Positions 48,571 to 59,640 are shown, numbered from the stretch's first letter. The stretch: DNA of 64,000 nucleotides from an uncultured Candidatus Rokubacteria bacterium (GCA_963747235.1 CAVVEU010000040.1:448001-512000), one strand, 5' to 3'. A program made the numbers and translations. Notes: generated by a model from the sequence alone, not told the origin.

Positions 48571-50743
48571 TCAGCCGGCCAGGAGCGCGTCCACCGCCCG
48601 CGGGTCCACCGGCTTGGCGAGGTGGACGTCGAAGCCGGCGTCACGCGTCTTCTGGCGATCCGCGTCGGTCCCGTAGCCGGTGAGCGCCACCAGCCGCGGC
48701 GAGCCCAGCTCGTCCATCATCCGCACCCGGCGCGCCACGTCGTAGCCGCTCATCCCGGGCAGCCCCAGGTCGAGGAACACCACGTCGGGGCGATAGCGCT
48801 CGATCTCGTCGAGCGCGCTCGGCCCGTCGTGCGCGGTGCGCACCTCGTGGCCGCGCAGGCGGAGGAAGAGGGCCAGCGAGTCGGTGGAGTCCTGGTGGTC
48901 GTCCACGACCAGGATGCGACGGGCCGGGCCCGCCGGGCCGTTCGCCGCCGCCGGCTCCGCCACCACCGCAGGCTCGGTGGCCTCCGCGGCCACGCGTGGC
49001 AGGCGAATCGTGAAGGCGCTGCCGAGCCCCGGCCCGGCGCTCGCCGCCTCCACGCGCCCCCCGTGCATCTCCACCAGCCGGCGCACGAGGGTCAGGCCGA
49101 GGCCGAGCCCGCCCTGCTTGCGCTCGAGCGAGCGGTCGGCCTGGATGAAGAGATCGAAGACGTGCGGCAGGAGCTCGGGATCGATGCCCACGCCCGCTGT
49201 CCTCGACCACGATCACGACCTCGTCCGCCTCGCTCCGCGCCCGGAGCCGGACCCGTCCGCCGTCGTCCGTGTACTTGATCGCGTTGTCCAGGAGGTTGCC
49301 GACCGCCTGGGCCAGCCGCGCCGGATCGCCGTCCACCCAGCCCGCGTCCTCGGGCACGTCCACCTCGAGCGCCTGCCCCCGGCTCTCCGCGGGCGGGCGC
49401 GCCGCCTCCACCGCCTGGGCCAGGACCTCGCGCACCGACACCGTCGCGCGCTGCAGCGTGATCTTGCCCGACGTGATGCGGGAGACGTCGAGCAGATCGT
49501 CCACGAGCCGGGTCATGAGCCCGACCTGCCGCTCGATGACGCCCGAGACCCAGCGCACCCGGTCGTCGCCCGTGCCGAGCAGGGCCAGCGTGTGGGCCGC
49601 GTTGCGGATGGGCGCGAGCGGGTTCCGCAGCTCGTGGGCCAGCATGGCGAGGAACTCGTCCTTGCGCCGGTCGGCGTCCTCCAGCGCGCGCTCCGTGCCC
49701 CGCCGCTCGGTGATGTCGCGGAAGACCAGCACCACGCCCACGATGCGGCCGCGGGTGTCGCGGATCGGCGCGCCGCTGTCGTCGATGGGCAGCTCGCGGC
49801 TGCCGTCCTTGGCGATCAGCACGGTGTGGTTGGCGAGGCCCACGATCGTGCCGAGGCGGATCACCTGCCTCACCGGGTTCTCCACCGTCTCGCGCGTCGC
49901 CTCGTTGACGATGCGGAACACCGTGTCCAGGGGCTGGCCCAGCGCCTCGCCGCCCCAGCCGGTGAGGGCCTGCGCCACCGGGTTCAGCAGGGTGATCCGC
50001 CCCTGCGCGTCGGTCACCACGACCGCGTCGCCGATGCTGGTGAGCGTGGTGCGGAAGCGCTCGCGCTCGGCGTGCAGCACGTCGGCGGCCCGCTGCCGGG
50101 CGGCCAGGTTGCGCGCGACGAGCGCGATGACCATCGTGACCAGCACGAGCCCCAGCCCGAGCCCGACGATCGTGGTCGCGAGCGCGGTGCGGGTATTGGC
50201 GCGCGAGGCCGCGTCCCGCCGGGCGAGCAGCGCGCGCTCGAGCTGCTGCATGCCGTAGATCTCGTCGCGGATCAGGTCCATCAGGCGCTTGCCCTCGCCC
50301 TGGAGCAGGTACTGCCGGGACAGCGTGAGGGCCCGGGTCTTGTCGGGCTCGGCCTGGAAGCGGTCGATCCCCCGCCGGAGCACCGCCAGCCGCTCGGCGG
50401 TGAGCTGCTCGAGCTTGAGCGCGTGCGCGGTCTGCGGGGGGTTGTCGATGGTGAGGTCGCGAAGCCGGTCGAGCTGCCCCCGGATTCGCGCCACCGCCTG
50501 CTCGTACGGGTCGAGGTAGGGGCGTTCTCCGGTCAGGAGATAGCCGCGCTGGCCGGTCTCGGCGTCCTTGAGGGTGGAGACCACCTGCTCGAGCTGGCCC
50601 AGCACCTCGTGGGTGTGGGACACCCACTGCACGCTGGTGGCGACCTCGCGGATATTGTGCAGCGTGAGGACCGCGTCCGTCAGGAGCGCGGCGACCAGCA
50701 GGACGATCGCGACGGTCTGGCCGCGCGTCAGGCTCCAGGGCAT
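48571..50743 (-). CDS. Hybrid sensor kinase CHASE3-PAS-HisKA-HATPase-REC; +1 frameshift near 49193
   Basis: DAETGQRGYLLTG (CHASE3), PAS, LAHELRNPL, NAIKYT, GLGLGL, DLGLPGMSG. Confidence 0.9.
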
Positions 50744-50765
50744 GCGAGGCGTCCCCGCGAGCGCG

Positions 50766-51780
50766 TCAGCGGCCGCCCGCGAGGGCGGGCGCCACCTCGG
50801 CCAGGAACCGCTTGAGCTGGCCGCGCTGGTCCCAGGACGTGAGCCGGAGCGCGATGTGGCCGAGGCCCGCCTCCGCGTAGTCGCGCAGCTCGGCGATGCA
50901 CTGGGCCGGGCTCCCCGCCACCGTCCAGCCCTCGACGAAGGCGGGCGAGAACTTGGACGTGTAGTAGGTGTCGAGGAACGCCTTGCTCTCCTCGAGCGCC
51001 CGCCGCGCGGTCCTCGTTGATGTTGATGTTGTGGTAGAGCGCGCTGCCGAGGGCGTCGGGGTTGCGGCCTTCCTCCCGCGCCATCTTCGCGATCCGCGCC
51101 CACTGCTCGCGGAACTGGGCCGGGCTCACCTTGTTGGTCATCCAGCCGTCGGCGTAGCGGGCCACGCGGCGGAGACCGCGCTCCACCGCCGCGTCGGAGG
51201 CGCTGGCCCCGCCCTTCCAGGTCAGGCCGGTCGGGTTGCTCGCGATCCAGATCGGGCACGGCTGCTGCGCCGGCCGGGGCTCGATCTTGACGCCCTCGAA
51301 CTGGTAGAACTCGCCCTGGTGCGAGACCTTCTCGCCGCTCCAGACCTTCCGGAGGATCTGGATGCCTTCCTCCAGGCGGCCCACGCGCTCGCTCGAGCGC
51401 ACGCCCATGACCTTGTGCTCGAGCGCCTGCGCGGCGCTCTGCTCGTCGGGCCCGCCCAGGCAGACCGCCAGCAACGCGCGACCGCCCGAGATCACGTCGA
51501 GGCTCGCCCACTGCTGCGCGAAGAGCAGCGGGTGACGGTGCACGAAGGTGGCGAGGCAGCCGACCGCGAGCTTGAGGCGCGAGGTGGCGCCGGCCAGGGC
51601 GGCGAGGAGGGCCACCGCCTCCAGGCGCGGCTTGGCCAGGAGGCTGTCGCCGACCCAGAGCGTGTCGAAGGCCCCCGACGTCTCGGCCTGCTGCGACAGC
51701 TCGATCAGATCGCGGGCCTGGATCGCGCCCAGCACCACCGCTCGATTCGCCAGGATCAGCCCGAAGGATGCGCGCGCCAT
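50766..51780 (-). CDS. LLM-class flavin-dependent oxidoreductase; +1 frameshift near 51000
   Basis: WVGDS, SLDVISGGR, PIWIA, ARYADGW; TTGACG-17-TAAATT promoter and GGAGG RBS. Confidence 0.88.
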
Positions 51781-51934
51781 GAGGTCCTCCCCCGCGCCAA
51801 TTTAGGGGTCGCGATGGGACACGTCAAGCGCGAGCCCGGGTGGGCGCGGGCCGCGAGATCACCGGGAACATTTCTACCCGATTGACCCGTGACCGGACTC
51901 CTCGGCTACGGTCTCCGGCGGAGACAGAGGATCG

Positions 51935-52854
51935 ATGAGCGCTCAGCCGGCCTTCTCCGTGGCTCTCAGCCTGACCTGGTTCGCGCTGTCGCTCGGCGCG
52001 GCGCTCACCCAGGCCGTGCAGTTCGCCGTCGTCAAGGGACGCGCGCGGGAGATCCCCCCGCTGGTGATCGTCGCGTGGACGCAGGCCGTGGCCTGCGCGG
52101 CGTGGGTGGTCTTCTTCGTGGTCTCGGGTCACGCGTTCGTGCCGCCCGGCGCCGCCTGGCCCGCCATCGCCGCCTCGTCGCTGCTCGTGATCGGGATGAG
52201 CGGCCTGCTCGCGCGGGCCAGCGCGCGGGGCGACATCTCGATCGTCGGGCCGATCCTGGCCCTGAGCCCGATTTTCACGATCCTGCCGGACGCGGTGCTC
52301 TCCGGCGGGTGGCCCAGCGCGCTCGGCTGGATCGGGCTGGGCCTGTCTCTCACCGGCACCGTCAGCCTGTCCGGCGGGCCCGGCGCGGTGGGCCTGCTCG
52401 GGCGCGTCCGCGTCCTCTTCGCGCGGCGCGATGCCCTCGACGCGCTCGGGGCCGCGTTCTTCCTGGGCTTCCTGGCCGCGGTGGACCGCTGGGCCGCGCT
52501 GGCCATCGGGCCGCCCAGCTATCTCGTGTCCTCGCACGGCACGACCGCGGTGGTCACGACGTTGATCGTGCTGCTGACCAACCCGCGCGGGCTGGCCGCG
52601 AGTTTCGTGCCGCGCAACCTGGTCACCCTGGTGAGCCACGGGCTCCTCGGCGTCACCGGCACCGGGATGCAGACGCACGCGCTCACGATGGCGCCCGCGG
52701 CCTACGTGAACGCGATCCGCCGCATGTCCGCGGTGCTGGCCGTCCTCCTCGGCCGCACGCTCTTCGGCGAGCCCGACCTCGCCCGCCGCCTCACCGCCGC
52801 CCTCCTCGCCTGCCTCGGCGCCGCCTGCCTCCTCCTCGCGTCGGGGCGAAGTAA
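51935..52854 (+). CDS. EamA/DMT family transporter; the expected stop (TAA 52852) is one base out of frame
   Basis: About 10 TM; GDISIVGP, AAYVNAIRR, LFGEP. Confidence 0.8.
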
Positions 52855-52856
52855 TC

Positions 52857-52939
52857 GGGGTCAGGTCTTGCATTCCGACATTTCGGCCGCGCCCGAGGCA
52901 CTCGTGGCCGCGAAATGTCGGAATTCAAGACCTGACCCC
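52857..52939. repeat. 83-bp palindromic element (family C) between convergent genes
   Basis: 29-bp arms GGGGTCAGGTCTTG(C/A)ATTCCGACATTTCG with one mismatch, plus an inner hairpin. Confidence 0.9.
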
Positions 52940-52942
52940 AAG

Positions 52943-53905
52943 CTAGTCGTAGAGGTGGCAGGCTACCAGACGGTCGGACGTCCGGCGGAGGGCGGGCGGG
53001 TCGGTGGCGCAGCGGGGCATCACGTGAGGGCAGCGCGTGTGGAAGCGGCAGCCCGCGGGCGGGGCGAGCGGGCTCGGCACCTCGCCGGCGAGCACGATCT
53101 CCTGGCGGGGCGTGTCGAAGTCGATCGGCAGCGCCGCCGCGAAGAGGGCCTGGGTGTAGGGATGGCGTGGCGTGAGCGCCACCGCCGCCGCGTCGCCCCA
53201 CTCCACGATCTGGCCCAGGTACATCACCGCGATGGTGTGGCTCATGTGCGCGACCGCGGCCAGGTCGTGGGCGATGAACAGGTACGACACGCCGAGCCGC
53301 TGCTGCAGATCGCGCAGCAGGTTCAGGATCTGCGCGCGGATGGAGACGTCGAGCGCGGAGACCGGCTCGTCCAGCACCACCAGGCGCGGCGACAGCGCGA
53401 GCGCCCGCGCGATGGCCACGCGCTGCCGCTGGCCGCCCGAGAACTCGTGCGGGAAGAGCTCGGCCGCGCGCGCGGGCAGGCCGACCAGGTCCAGCAGCTC
53501 GAGCACGCGCCGGCGGCGCGCGGTCCGGTCCATGGGATCGTTGATCACGAGGGGCTCGGCGACGATCGCGCCCACGCGCATGCGCGGATCGAGCGACGCG
53601 TACGGATCCTGGAACACCGCCTGGACTCGCCGGCGGTAGCGCCGCATCCCGACGCGATCGAGCGTCAGCACGTCCTCGCCCTCGAACCGGATGGCCCCCG
53701 CGGTCGGCCGCTCGAGGCCCAGCACCAGCTTGGACGTGGTGGTCTTGCCGCAGCCCGACTCGCCCACCAGGCCGAACGTGGTGCCGGTCTCGATCGTGAA
53801 CGAGATCGAATCGACCGCGCGGACCAGCCCGGTGGACCGGCCCAGCAGCCCGCGGCGGACCGGAAAATGCTTGGTCAGCCCCTCGACCTCGAGCAGCGCG
53901 CTCAC
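52943..53905 (-). CDS. Oligopeptide/dipeptide ABC ATPase (OppF/DppF-type)
   Basis: GESGCGKTT, FSGGQRQR, DEPVSALD, GCRFHTRCP. Confidence 0.92.
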   Translation of the reverse strand: MSALLEVEGLTKHFPVRRGLLGRSTGLVRAVDSISFTIETGTTFGLVGESGCGKTTTSKLVLGLERPTAGAIRFEGEDVLTLDRVGMRRYRRRVQAVFQDPYASLDPRMRVGAIVAEPLVINDPMDRTARRRRVLELLDLVGLPARAAELFPHEFSGGQRQRVAIARALALSPRLVVLDEPVSALDVSIRAQILNLLRDLQQRLGVSYLFIAHDLAAVAHMSHTIAVMYLGQIVEWGDAAAVALTPRHPYTQALFAAALPIDFDTPRQEIVLAGEVPSPLAPPAGCRFHTRCPHVMPRCATDPPALRRTSDRLVACHLYD

Positions 53906-54878
53906 GCCGGCGCCTCGAGCCAGCAGCGCGCCACGTGCCCGTCGCCGACGGGCGCTCGGGCGGCGCCTCCACCCGGCACCGCTCCATGACGTGCGGGCAG
54001 CGCGGCGCGAACGCGCAGCCGCCGGGCAGCCGCGCCAGGTCCGGCGGCTGGCCCTCGATGGCGGTGAGGCGCTCCGCGCGCGCGCCGAGGCGCGGGATGG
54101 ACTCGAGCAGCGCCCGGCTGTAGGGATGCGCGGGCCGGGTGAAGAGGCGCCGCACCGGCCCCATCTCCACGATGCGCCCGGCGTACATCACGGCCACCCG
54201 GTCGCAGATCCTCGCCACGATCCCGAGATTGTGCGTGACGAAGACGAGGGCGAACCGGTGCCGCTGCTGGAGCTCCTTGAGCAGGCCCAGGTACTGCGCC
54301 TGGATCGTGAGATCGAGGCTCGTGGTCGGCTCGTCCGCGATGAGCAGGCGCGGCGGCGCCGCGATGGCCATGGCCCCCACCACCCGCTGGCGCATGCCGC
54401 CCGAGAGCTGGTGCGGGAACGCGCGCAGCCGCTGGCGCGGCGACGGGATGCGCACCGCGGCCAGCAGCGCGGCCGCCCGCTCGGTGAGCGCCCGCCCGCG
54501 GAGGCCGTGATAGAGCGCGACCGGCTCGCGCATCTGCATGCCGATCGAGAACACCGGGTTGAGCGAGCTCATCGGATCCTGCAGGATCATGCCGATCCGC
54601 CGGCCGCGGATCTCCCGCATCTCGTCCTCGCTCCGGGTGAGGAGGTCCAGGCCGTCGAGCAGCACCTGCCCGCCCAGGATGCGCGCGGCGGGCCGCGGCA
54701 CCAGCCGCACCAGGCTCAGGCACGTCATGCTCTTGCCCGAGCCGGATTCGCCCACGAGCCCGAGCGTCTCCCCTTCCCCGATGGCGAACGAGACCCCGTC
54801 CACCGCCTTCACGGTGCCCCAGCGGGTGACGATGTGGGTGCGGAGGTCGCGGACGTCGATCACGGGGGGCGGCGTCAC
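53902..54878 (-). CDS. Oligopeptide/dipeptide ABC ATPase (OppD/DppD-type); frameshift near 53952
   Basis: GESGSGKS, LSGGMRQR, DEPTT, GCAFAPRCP. Confidence 0.9.
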
Positions 54879-54892
54879 GGAGGATCGGGCGC

Positions 54893-55777
54893 TCAGAGCT
54901 GGCGGAGCTTCGGGTCGAACGTGTCGCGCAGCCAGTCCCCGAGCAGGTTGAACGCGAGGACGACGAGCAGGATCGCCAGTCCGGGAAACAGCGACACCCA
55001 CCACGCGCTCGTCACGACGTCGCGGCCCTCCGCGATCATGGAGCCCCAGGCCGGCGTGGGCGGCGGGATGCCCGCGCCCAGGAAGGAGAGCGAGGCCTCC
55101 ACGATGATCACGTAGCCGATCTGCAGCGTCACCAGCACCATCAGGGTGCCGAGCGTGTTCGGCAGGAGGTGCCGGGTGATGATGCGCCAGGCCCCCGCGC
55201 CCGCGATGCGGGCCTGCGCGATGAAGTCGAGCTGCATCAGGGTCAGCACCTGGCCACGGATGACGCGGGCGTAGCGCGCCCACAGGATCACCGCGATGGC
55301 CACCACCACGTTGGTGAAGCTCGGGCCCACCGTCACGGCCAGGATCAGGGCCAGCAGGATGACCGGGAAGGACATCGTCGCGTCGGTCACGCGCATCAGC
55401 ACCGCGTCCACGCGGCCGCCGTAGTAGCCCGCGGTCAGCCCCACCGCGGCGCCGAAGGCGCTGGCGAGCAGGACGGTGACCACGCCCGCCGAGAGCGAGA
55501 TCCGCGAGCCCCAGACGATCCGCGAGAGCATGTCGCGGCCCAGCCGGTCGGTGCCCAGCGGATGGGTCCAGCTCCCGGCTTCCTCCCACACCGGCGGCTT
55601 GAAGCGATTCCGCAGCGATTGCGCGTGCGGGTCCGGCAGGCCGAGCAGCGGGGCCACCAGGGCCATCAGCAGGAAGAGGCCGATGACCCCGAGCGGGAAC
55701 ATGGGCAGCCGCCACCCGCGGGAGGCGGGCGGGGCCGCGACCTCGGGCAGGACGAGGGCCGCCGGCTCAGCGGGCAT
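54893..55777 (-). CDS. Peptide ABC permease (OppC/DppC-type)
   Basis: LGTDRLGRD, HLLPN, EASLSFLG. Confidence 0.92.
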   Translation of the reverse strand: MPAEPAALVLPEVAAPPASRGWRLPMFPLGVIGLFLLMALVAPLLGLPDPHAQSLRNRFKPPVWEEAGSWTHPLGTDRLGRDMLSRIVWGSRISLSAGVVTVLLASAFGAAVGLTAGYYGGRVDAVLMRVTDATMSFPVILLALILAVTVGPSFTNVVVAIAVILWARYARVIRGQVLTLMQLDFIAQARIAGAGAWRIITRHLLPNTLGTLMVLVTLQIGYVIIVEASLSFLGAGIPPPTPAWGSMIAEGRDVVTSAWWVSLFPGLAILLVVLAFNLLGDWLRDTFDPKLRQL

Positions 55778-56687
55778 AGCGGATGCGCGGGTCGATCCAC
55801 GCGTAGAGGCAGTCCACGCCGAGGTTCACCACCGCGACGATCGCCGCGGTCGTCAGCACCACCGCCTGGATCACGGGAAAGTCGCGCGAGCTGATGCCCT
55901 CGTAGGCCAGGCGCCCGATGCCGGGCCACGCGAACACGGTCTCGACCACGATGGCGGTGGTGACCAGGATCGCGAAGTAGATCCCCGCGAAGGTGACCAC
56001 CGGGATCAGCGCGTTGCGGAGGGCGTGCAGCCAGATGACCCGGCGCTCCGACACGCCCTTCACCCGCGCCAGCTTCACGTACTCCGAGTCGAGGACCTCC
56101 AGCATGCCGGAGCGGAGCAGGCGCATGAGCCCGGCCACCACGAACCACCCGAGGGTGAAGCCGGGCAGCACGTAGCTGGAGAAGCCGCTGATGCCGCCCG
56201 CGGGCAGCCACTGCAGCCGCCCGGCCACGAACTCCACCAGGAGAATGGCCACCCAGAAGGTGGGCAGCGATTGCCCGAGCACCGAGATGACCTGGGCGGT
56301 GCGATCGAGCCCGGTGCCCTTCTTCACCGCGGCCATGATGCCGAGCGGGAACGCCATCGCGAGGGACACGCCCATCGCGAAGGCGGCGAGCTTGAGCGAG
56401 TTGGGCAGGCGCTCCCGGATCAGCTCGCTCACCGGGCGCCGCGCGCGCAGCGACATCCCGAAGTCGCCGGTGACCGCGCGCCCCACGAAGGAGAGGTACT
56501 GCTCGACGTAGGGGCGGTCGAGCCCCAGGTAGCGGCGGGCGTTGTCGAAGTCCTCCTGGGACGCCGACATCGGGAGGATCAGGTAGAGCGGGTCCCCGGT
56601 GGCCCGCGCCAGCACGAAGACGACCACCGACACGATGGCGAGCGCGATCAGGGACTGCAGCAGGCGGGCGGCGATGAAGCGGAGCAT
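55767..56687 (-). CDS. Peptide ABC permease (OppB/DppB-type)
   Basis: GDFGMS, ARVKG, HALRNA, ETVFAWPG. Confidence 0.92.
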   Translation of the reverse strand: MLRFIAARLLQSLIALAIVSVVVFVLARATGDPLYLILPMSASQEDFDNARRYLGLDRPYVEQYLSFVGRAVTGDFGMSLRARRPVSELIRERLPNSLKLAAFAMGVSLAMAFPLGIMAAVKKGTGLDRTAQVISVLGQSLPTFWVAILLVEFVAGRLQWLPAGGISGFSSYVLPGFTLGWFVVAGLMRLLRSGMLEVLDSEYVKLARVKGVSERRVIWLHALRNALIPVVTFAGIYFAILVTTAIVVETVFAWPGIGRLAYEGISSRDFPVIQAVVLTTAAIVAVVNLGVDCLYAWIDPRIRYAR

Positions 56688-56728
56688 GGCGCGGGGTACG
56701 GTTACCGTTTAGAGCCTTGAGGCTTGTT

Positions 56729-56771
56729 CTAATGGGGGGGAGCGGCGGCGCTCCTCCCCCATGCCCCCACC
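56729..56771. repeat. Palindromic repeat family B (inverted copy)
   Basis: Reverse complement GGTGGGGGCATGGGGGAGGAGCGCCGCCGCTCCCCCCCATTAG. Confidence 0.7.
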
Positions 56772-56807
56772 ACACGATCATCCGCGCGCGACCATTCCGG
56801 CGTTCGC

Positions 56808-58394
56808 TTATTTGCCGGAGGCGAGCTGGTCGAAGAAGAGGTCGTACATGACGCTGCCCACGTTCCACTTGGCCAGGCTCTTGGACGTCGCGTACGGCGA
56901 GTGCAGGTAGACCACCGGCACGCCGTAGTGCTCGCTGCGCAGCCGCGTGTAGACATTGCGCATCAGCGCGTTGATCTTTTCCCGGTCCGTCTGGCGCATC
57001 ACCTGCGACAGCATCCCGTCGATCTCCGCGTCGTTGACGGTGTCGGAGGGCTTCGACGCCGAGTACGCCTGCTTCTCGAGCAGGGCGTAGGCGCCGATCC
57101 AGTCCCGGTTGGCGATGTTGAAGTAGCCGACCGCGCCGGGGGCGCTGCGATCGAACCACGCCTTCCGGAAGGCCGGATAGTCCACCGGGATCAGCCGCGT
57201 CTTGATCCCGAGCTTCTCCCAGTAGCCGGCGACCGCCTCCGCCATCGTCTTGCCTTCGGGGAGCCCGGGGAGCTGGTAGGCGTACATGTCCAGATTGAAG
57301 CCCGCGCCCACGCCCGCGTCGGCCAGCAGCTTCCTGGCGCGCGGCACATCGTAGGGGTACATCATGTCCTGCGTCGGCTTGAAGCCCACGTCCTTGAAGG
57401 ACCAGGAGAGCCCGAGCGGGACGGACGCGGGCTCGGCCTTGCCCCCGAAGATGGACTGGGCGATCTCGGCGCGATCGATCGCGAGGTTGAGCGCCTCCCG
57501 GACCCGCTTGTCCTTCGACGGCCCCACCCGCCCGTCCGGTCCCAGGACCCACCACATGGTGAGGATGGATTCCTCGCGCCGGTAGTGGATCGGGAATCCG
57601 TCCTTCTCCACGTCCTTCACCCGCTCGCGGCTCAGCTCGGCCACGTCCACCTCGCCCCGGCGCAGCAGCGCGATGCGGGTGGTCTCCTCGGGCACCAGCC
57701 GGAAGGTCATGGTCTTGTACTTCGGGGTGCCGATGCGCCAGTGGTTGTCCCCCGCGGTCAGCGTGATGTGCGAGCCGGTCACCTGCTCCACGAACTTGTA
57801 GGGCCCGCTGCCGATCGGCTTGCGCGCGAAGACGTCGTCCCCCACCGACTCGATGTACTTCTTCGGCGTGATCATGCCCTCGGTGGAGAGCGAGCGGGAC
57901 AGGTAGAGCGGGATGATCAGCGTGGGCTCCTTGGTCACGATGACCACCCGGTCGGGAGCGGGCGTCTCGATGTCCTGGATCAGGGTGCGCAGCGGCCCCG
58001 CGTACCCGGTGGTGGAGCGCTTGCCGATGTCGCGCATGATGCTGAACTTCACGTCCTCGGACGTGAGCTCGTCCCCGTTGTGGAACTTGACGCCCTTCCG
58101 CAGGTGGAAGGTCCAGCGCTTGAAGTCCGCCGAGTTCTCCCAGCGGGTGGCGATGCCGCCATCGCGGGAGGGCTGGCCGTCCGGCGTCGTGCCCACGAGG
58201 TAGTCGAACATCATCGAGAGGTAGTACTTCACGAGGTGGCCCCCCAGGGGCGGATCGAGCACCTCGGTGGCGAAGCTCGACAGGGCGATCGTGAGCTCGG
58301 TCTTGGGCTGGGCCCAGCCGGTTCCGACCACCACCATGCCCAGGAGCGCCAGGACCAGCAGGAAGACTCGGGCCATCGCCGTCGCACGCTTCAT
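56808..58394 (-). CDS. Family 5 ABC substrate-binding protein
   Basis: Signal peptide; LRKGVKFHNG, PIGSGPYKF, VREALNLAIDR. Confidence 0.92.
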   Translation of the reverse strand: MKRATAMARVFLLVLALLGMVVVGTGWAQPKTELTIALSSFATEVLDPPLGGHLVKYYLSMMFDYLVGTTPDGQPSRDGGIATRWENSADFKRWTFHLRKGVKFHNGDELTSEDVKFSIMRDIGKRSTTGYAGPLRTLIQDIETPAPDRVVIVTKEPTLIIPLYLSRSLSTEGMITPKKYIESVGDDVFARKPIGSGPYKFVEQVTGSHITLTAGDNHWRIGTPKYKTMTFRLVPEETTRIALLRRGEVDVAELSRERVKDVEKDGFPIHYRREESILTMWWVLGPDGRVGPSKDKRVREALNLAIDRAEIAQSIFGGKAEPASVPLGLSWSFKDVGFKPTQDMMYPYDVPRARKLLADAGVGAGFNLDMYAYQLPGLPEGKTMAEAVAGYWEKLGIKTRLIPVDYPAFRKAWFDRSAPGAVGYFNIANRDWIGAYALLEKQAYSASKPSDTVNDAEIDGMLSQVMRQTDREKINALMRNVYTRLRSEHYGVPVVYLHSPYATSKSLAKWNVGSVMYDLFFDQLASGK

Positions 58395-58489
58395 GTCGGA
58401 CGCTCCTCGGTTGGGGGGCCGGTGAAGTTTCACTCGCGGGCAAACCTTAGCCCGGGAGGGGGCCCGACGGCAAGCCCCGCGGGCGGCGA

Positions 58490-59158
58490 TCAGTCCCGCG
58501 GGGCGCTGGACTTGGTGAGGTCGAGGACGGCGGGAAGCTGCGGGGCCTGGCGGGACAGCTCGAGCCGGGTGATGCGGGACATGTTCCGGACGGTGTCGCG
58601 GATCTGCTCGGCCGACTTGATCGCGCGCTGGACGTACGCGGCCGCCGGCTCGGGCACCTGCCCGCGCGCCATCATGAGCTGGAGGCTCGCCATGATCACG
58701 GTGAGCGGGTTGTTGATCTCGTGCGCGGTCGCGAGCGCGAGCTGGCCGACGGAGCGCAGGGCCTCCGCCTCGCCCGCCCGCGCATCGGACCGCTTGATGT
58801 CGGTGATGTCGTGGGCGTGGCCGAGCACGTAGTCCGGCCCGCCGGGCTCCCGGCCGCGCACGTTGCTGTACGTCCAGATGCGCTCGTCCCCGTCCCGCGT
58901 CACCACGAGCATGAGCCCCTCGTCGGTGGCATCGCGCCGGATCCGGGCGAGGTACTCGGGGAAGAGATGCCGGACCGGGGGGGCGAGCAGGTCGCCCATG
59001 CTGCGCCCGACCAGCTCGTCCGGGGTGTAGCCGAGGCGCTCGGCCGCGGCGCGATTGACCGAGAGCAGGACCCCGGCCAGATCGTGGGTGCAGATCAGGC
59101 CGCGGCTCTGCTCCACCAGCTCGCGATAGCGCTGCGGGGACAGCTCGACGCGGGGCAC
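58490..59158 (-). CDS. PAS plus HisKA (DHp) protein without an ATPase domain
   Basis: PAS (HDLAGVLLSVN...HDITD) then AHEINNPL; stop about 60 aa later with no N/G boxes. Confidence 0.8.
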   Translation of the reverse strand: MPRVELSPQRYRELVEQSRGLICTHDLAGVLLSVNRAAAERLGYTPDELVGRSMGDLLAPPVRHLFPEYLARIRRDATDEGLMLVVTRDGDERIWTYSNVRGREPGGPDYVLGHAHDITDIKRSDARAGEAEALRSVGQLALATAHEINNPLTVIMASLQLMMARGQVPEPAAAYVQRAIKSAEQIRDTVRNMSRITRLELSRQAPQLPAVLDLTKSSAPRD

Positions 59159-59172
59159 CGCGGGCTCTCCGC

Positions 59173-59547
59173 TCAGGCCAGCGAGAAGGCCCGCTGCACC
59201 GCGCCGACCAGGTCGGCGATGGTGAAGGGCTTGGCGAGCACGGGCACGCCGCTCTGCCGGAGGAACTCGTCGTACTCCTCGGCCTCCGCGTACCCGGTGA
59301 CGAACACGAGGCGGCTCTGCGAGGCCGGGTAGTGTAGCTCGACCTCGCGGAAGAGCCCGCGCCCGTCCATCTTCGGCATCGCGAGATCGCTCACGATCGC
59401 GGAGTAGACGTTCTCGGCCAGGAGCCGCAGCGCGTCCGTGCCGTCCACCGCGGTGTCCACGTGCTCCCACTCCTCCCGCAGGATCTCCGCCTCCAGCTCC
59501 CGGACGTTCGTCTCATCCTCGACCACCAGAATGCGCGGTTCGGACAC
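59173..59547 (-). CDS. Stand-alone receiver domain
   Basis: ILVVEDE, SDLAMPKMDG, VTG, KPF. Confidence 0.9.
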   Translation of the reverse strand: MSEPRILVVEDETNVRELEAEILREEWEHVDTAVDGTDALRLLAENVYSAIVSDLAMPKMDGRGLFREVELHYPASQSRLVFVTGYAEAEEYDEFLRQSGVPVLAKPFTIADLVGAVQRAFSLA

Positions 59548-59606
59548 GGGCTGCTCCTCTCGGTACCGGAAATGGCCGGGCTCACGGGCCCGGCGCGGCA
59601 TTTTTG

Positions 59607-59622
59607 TGCAAGAAGTGCACCA
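59607..59622 (-). promoter_or_regulatory. sigma54-like promoter
   Basis: Minus strand TGGTGC-ACTTC-TTGCA with correct spacing. Confidence 0.5.
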
Positions 59623-59640
59623 CGGGCCAGGCCACACAAA

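Noticed and set aside
51935-53989. Apparent 684-aa EamA fusion protein
   Set aside because: Read-through across a palindrome into the antisense of the peptide ABC ATPase; a stop lies one base out of frame
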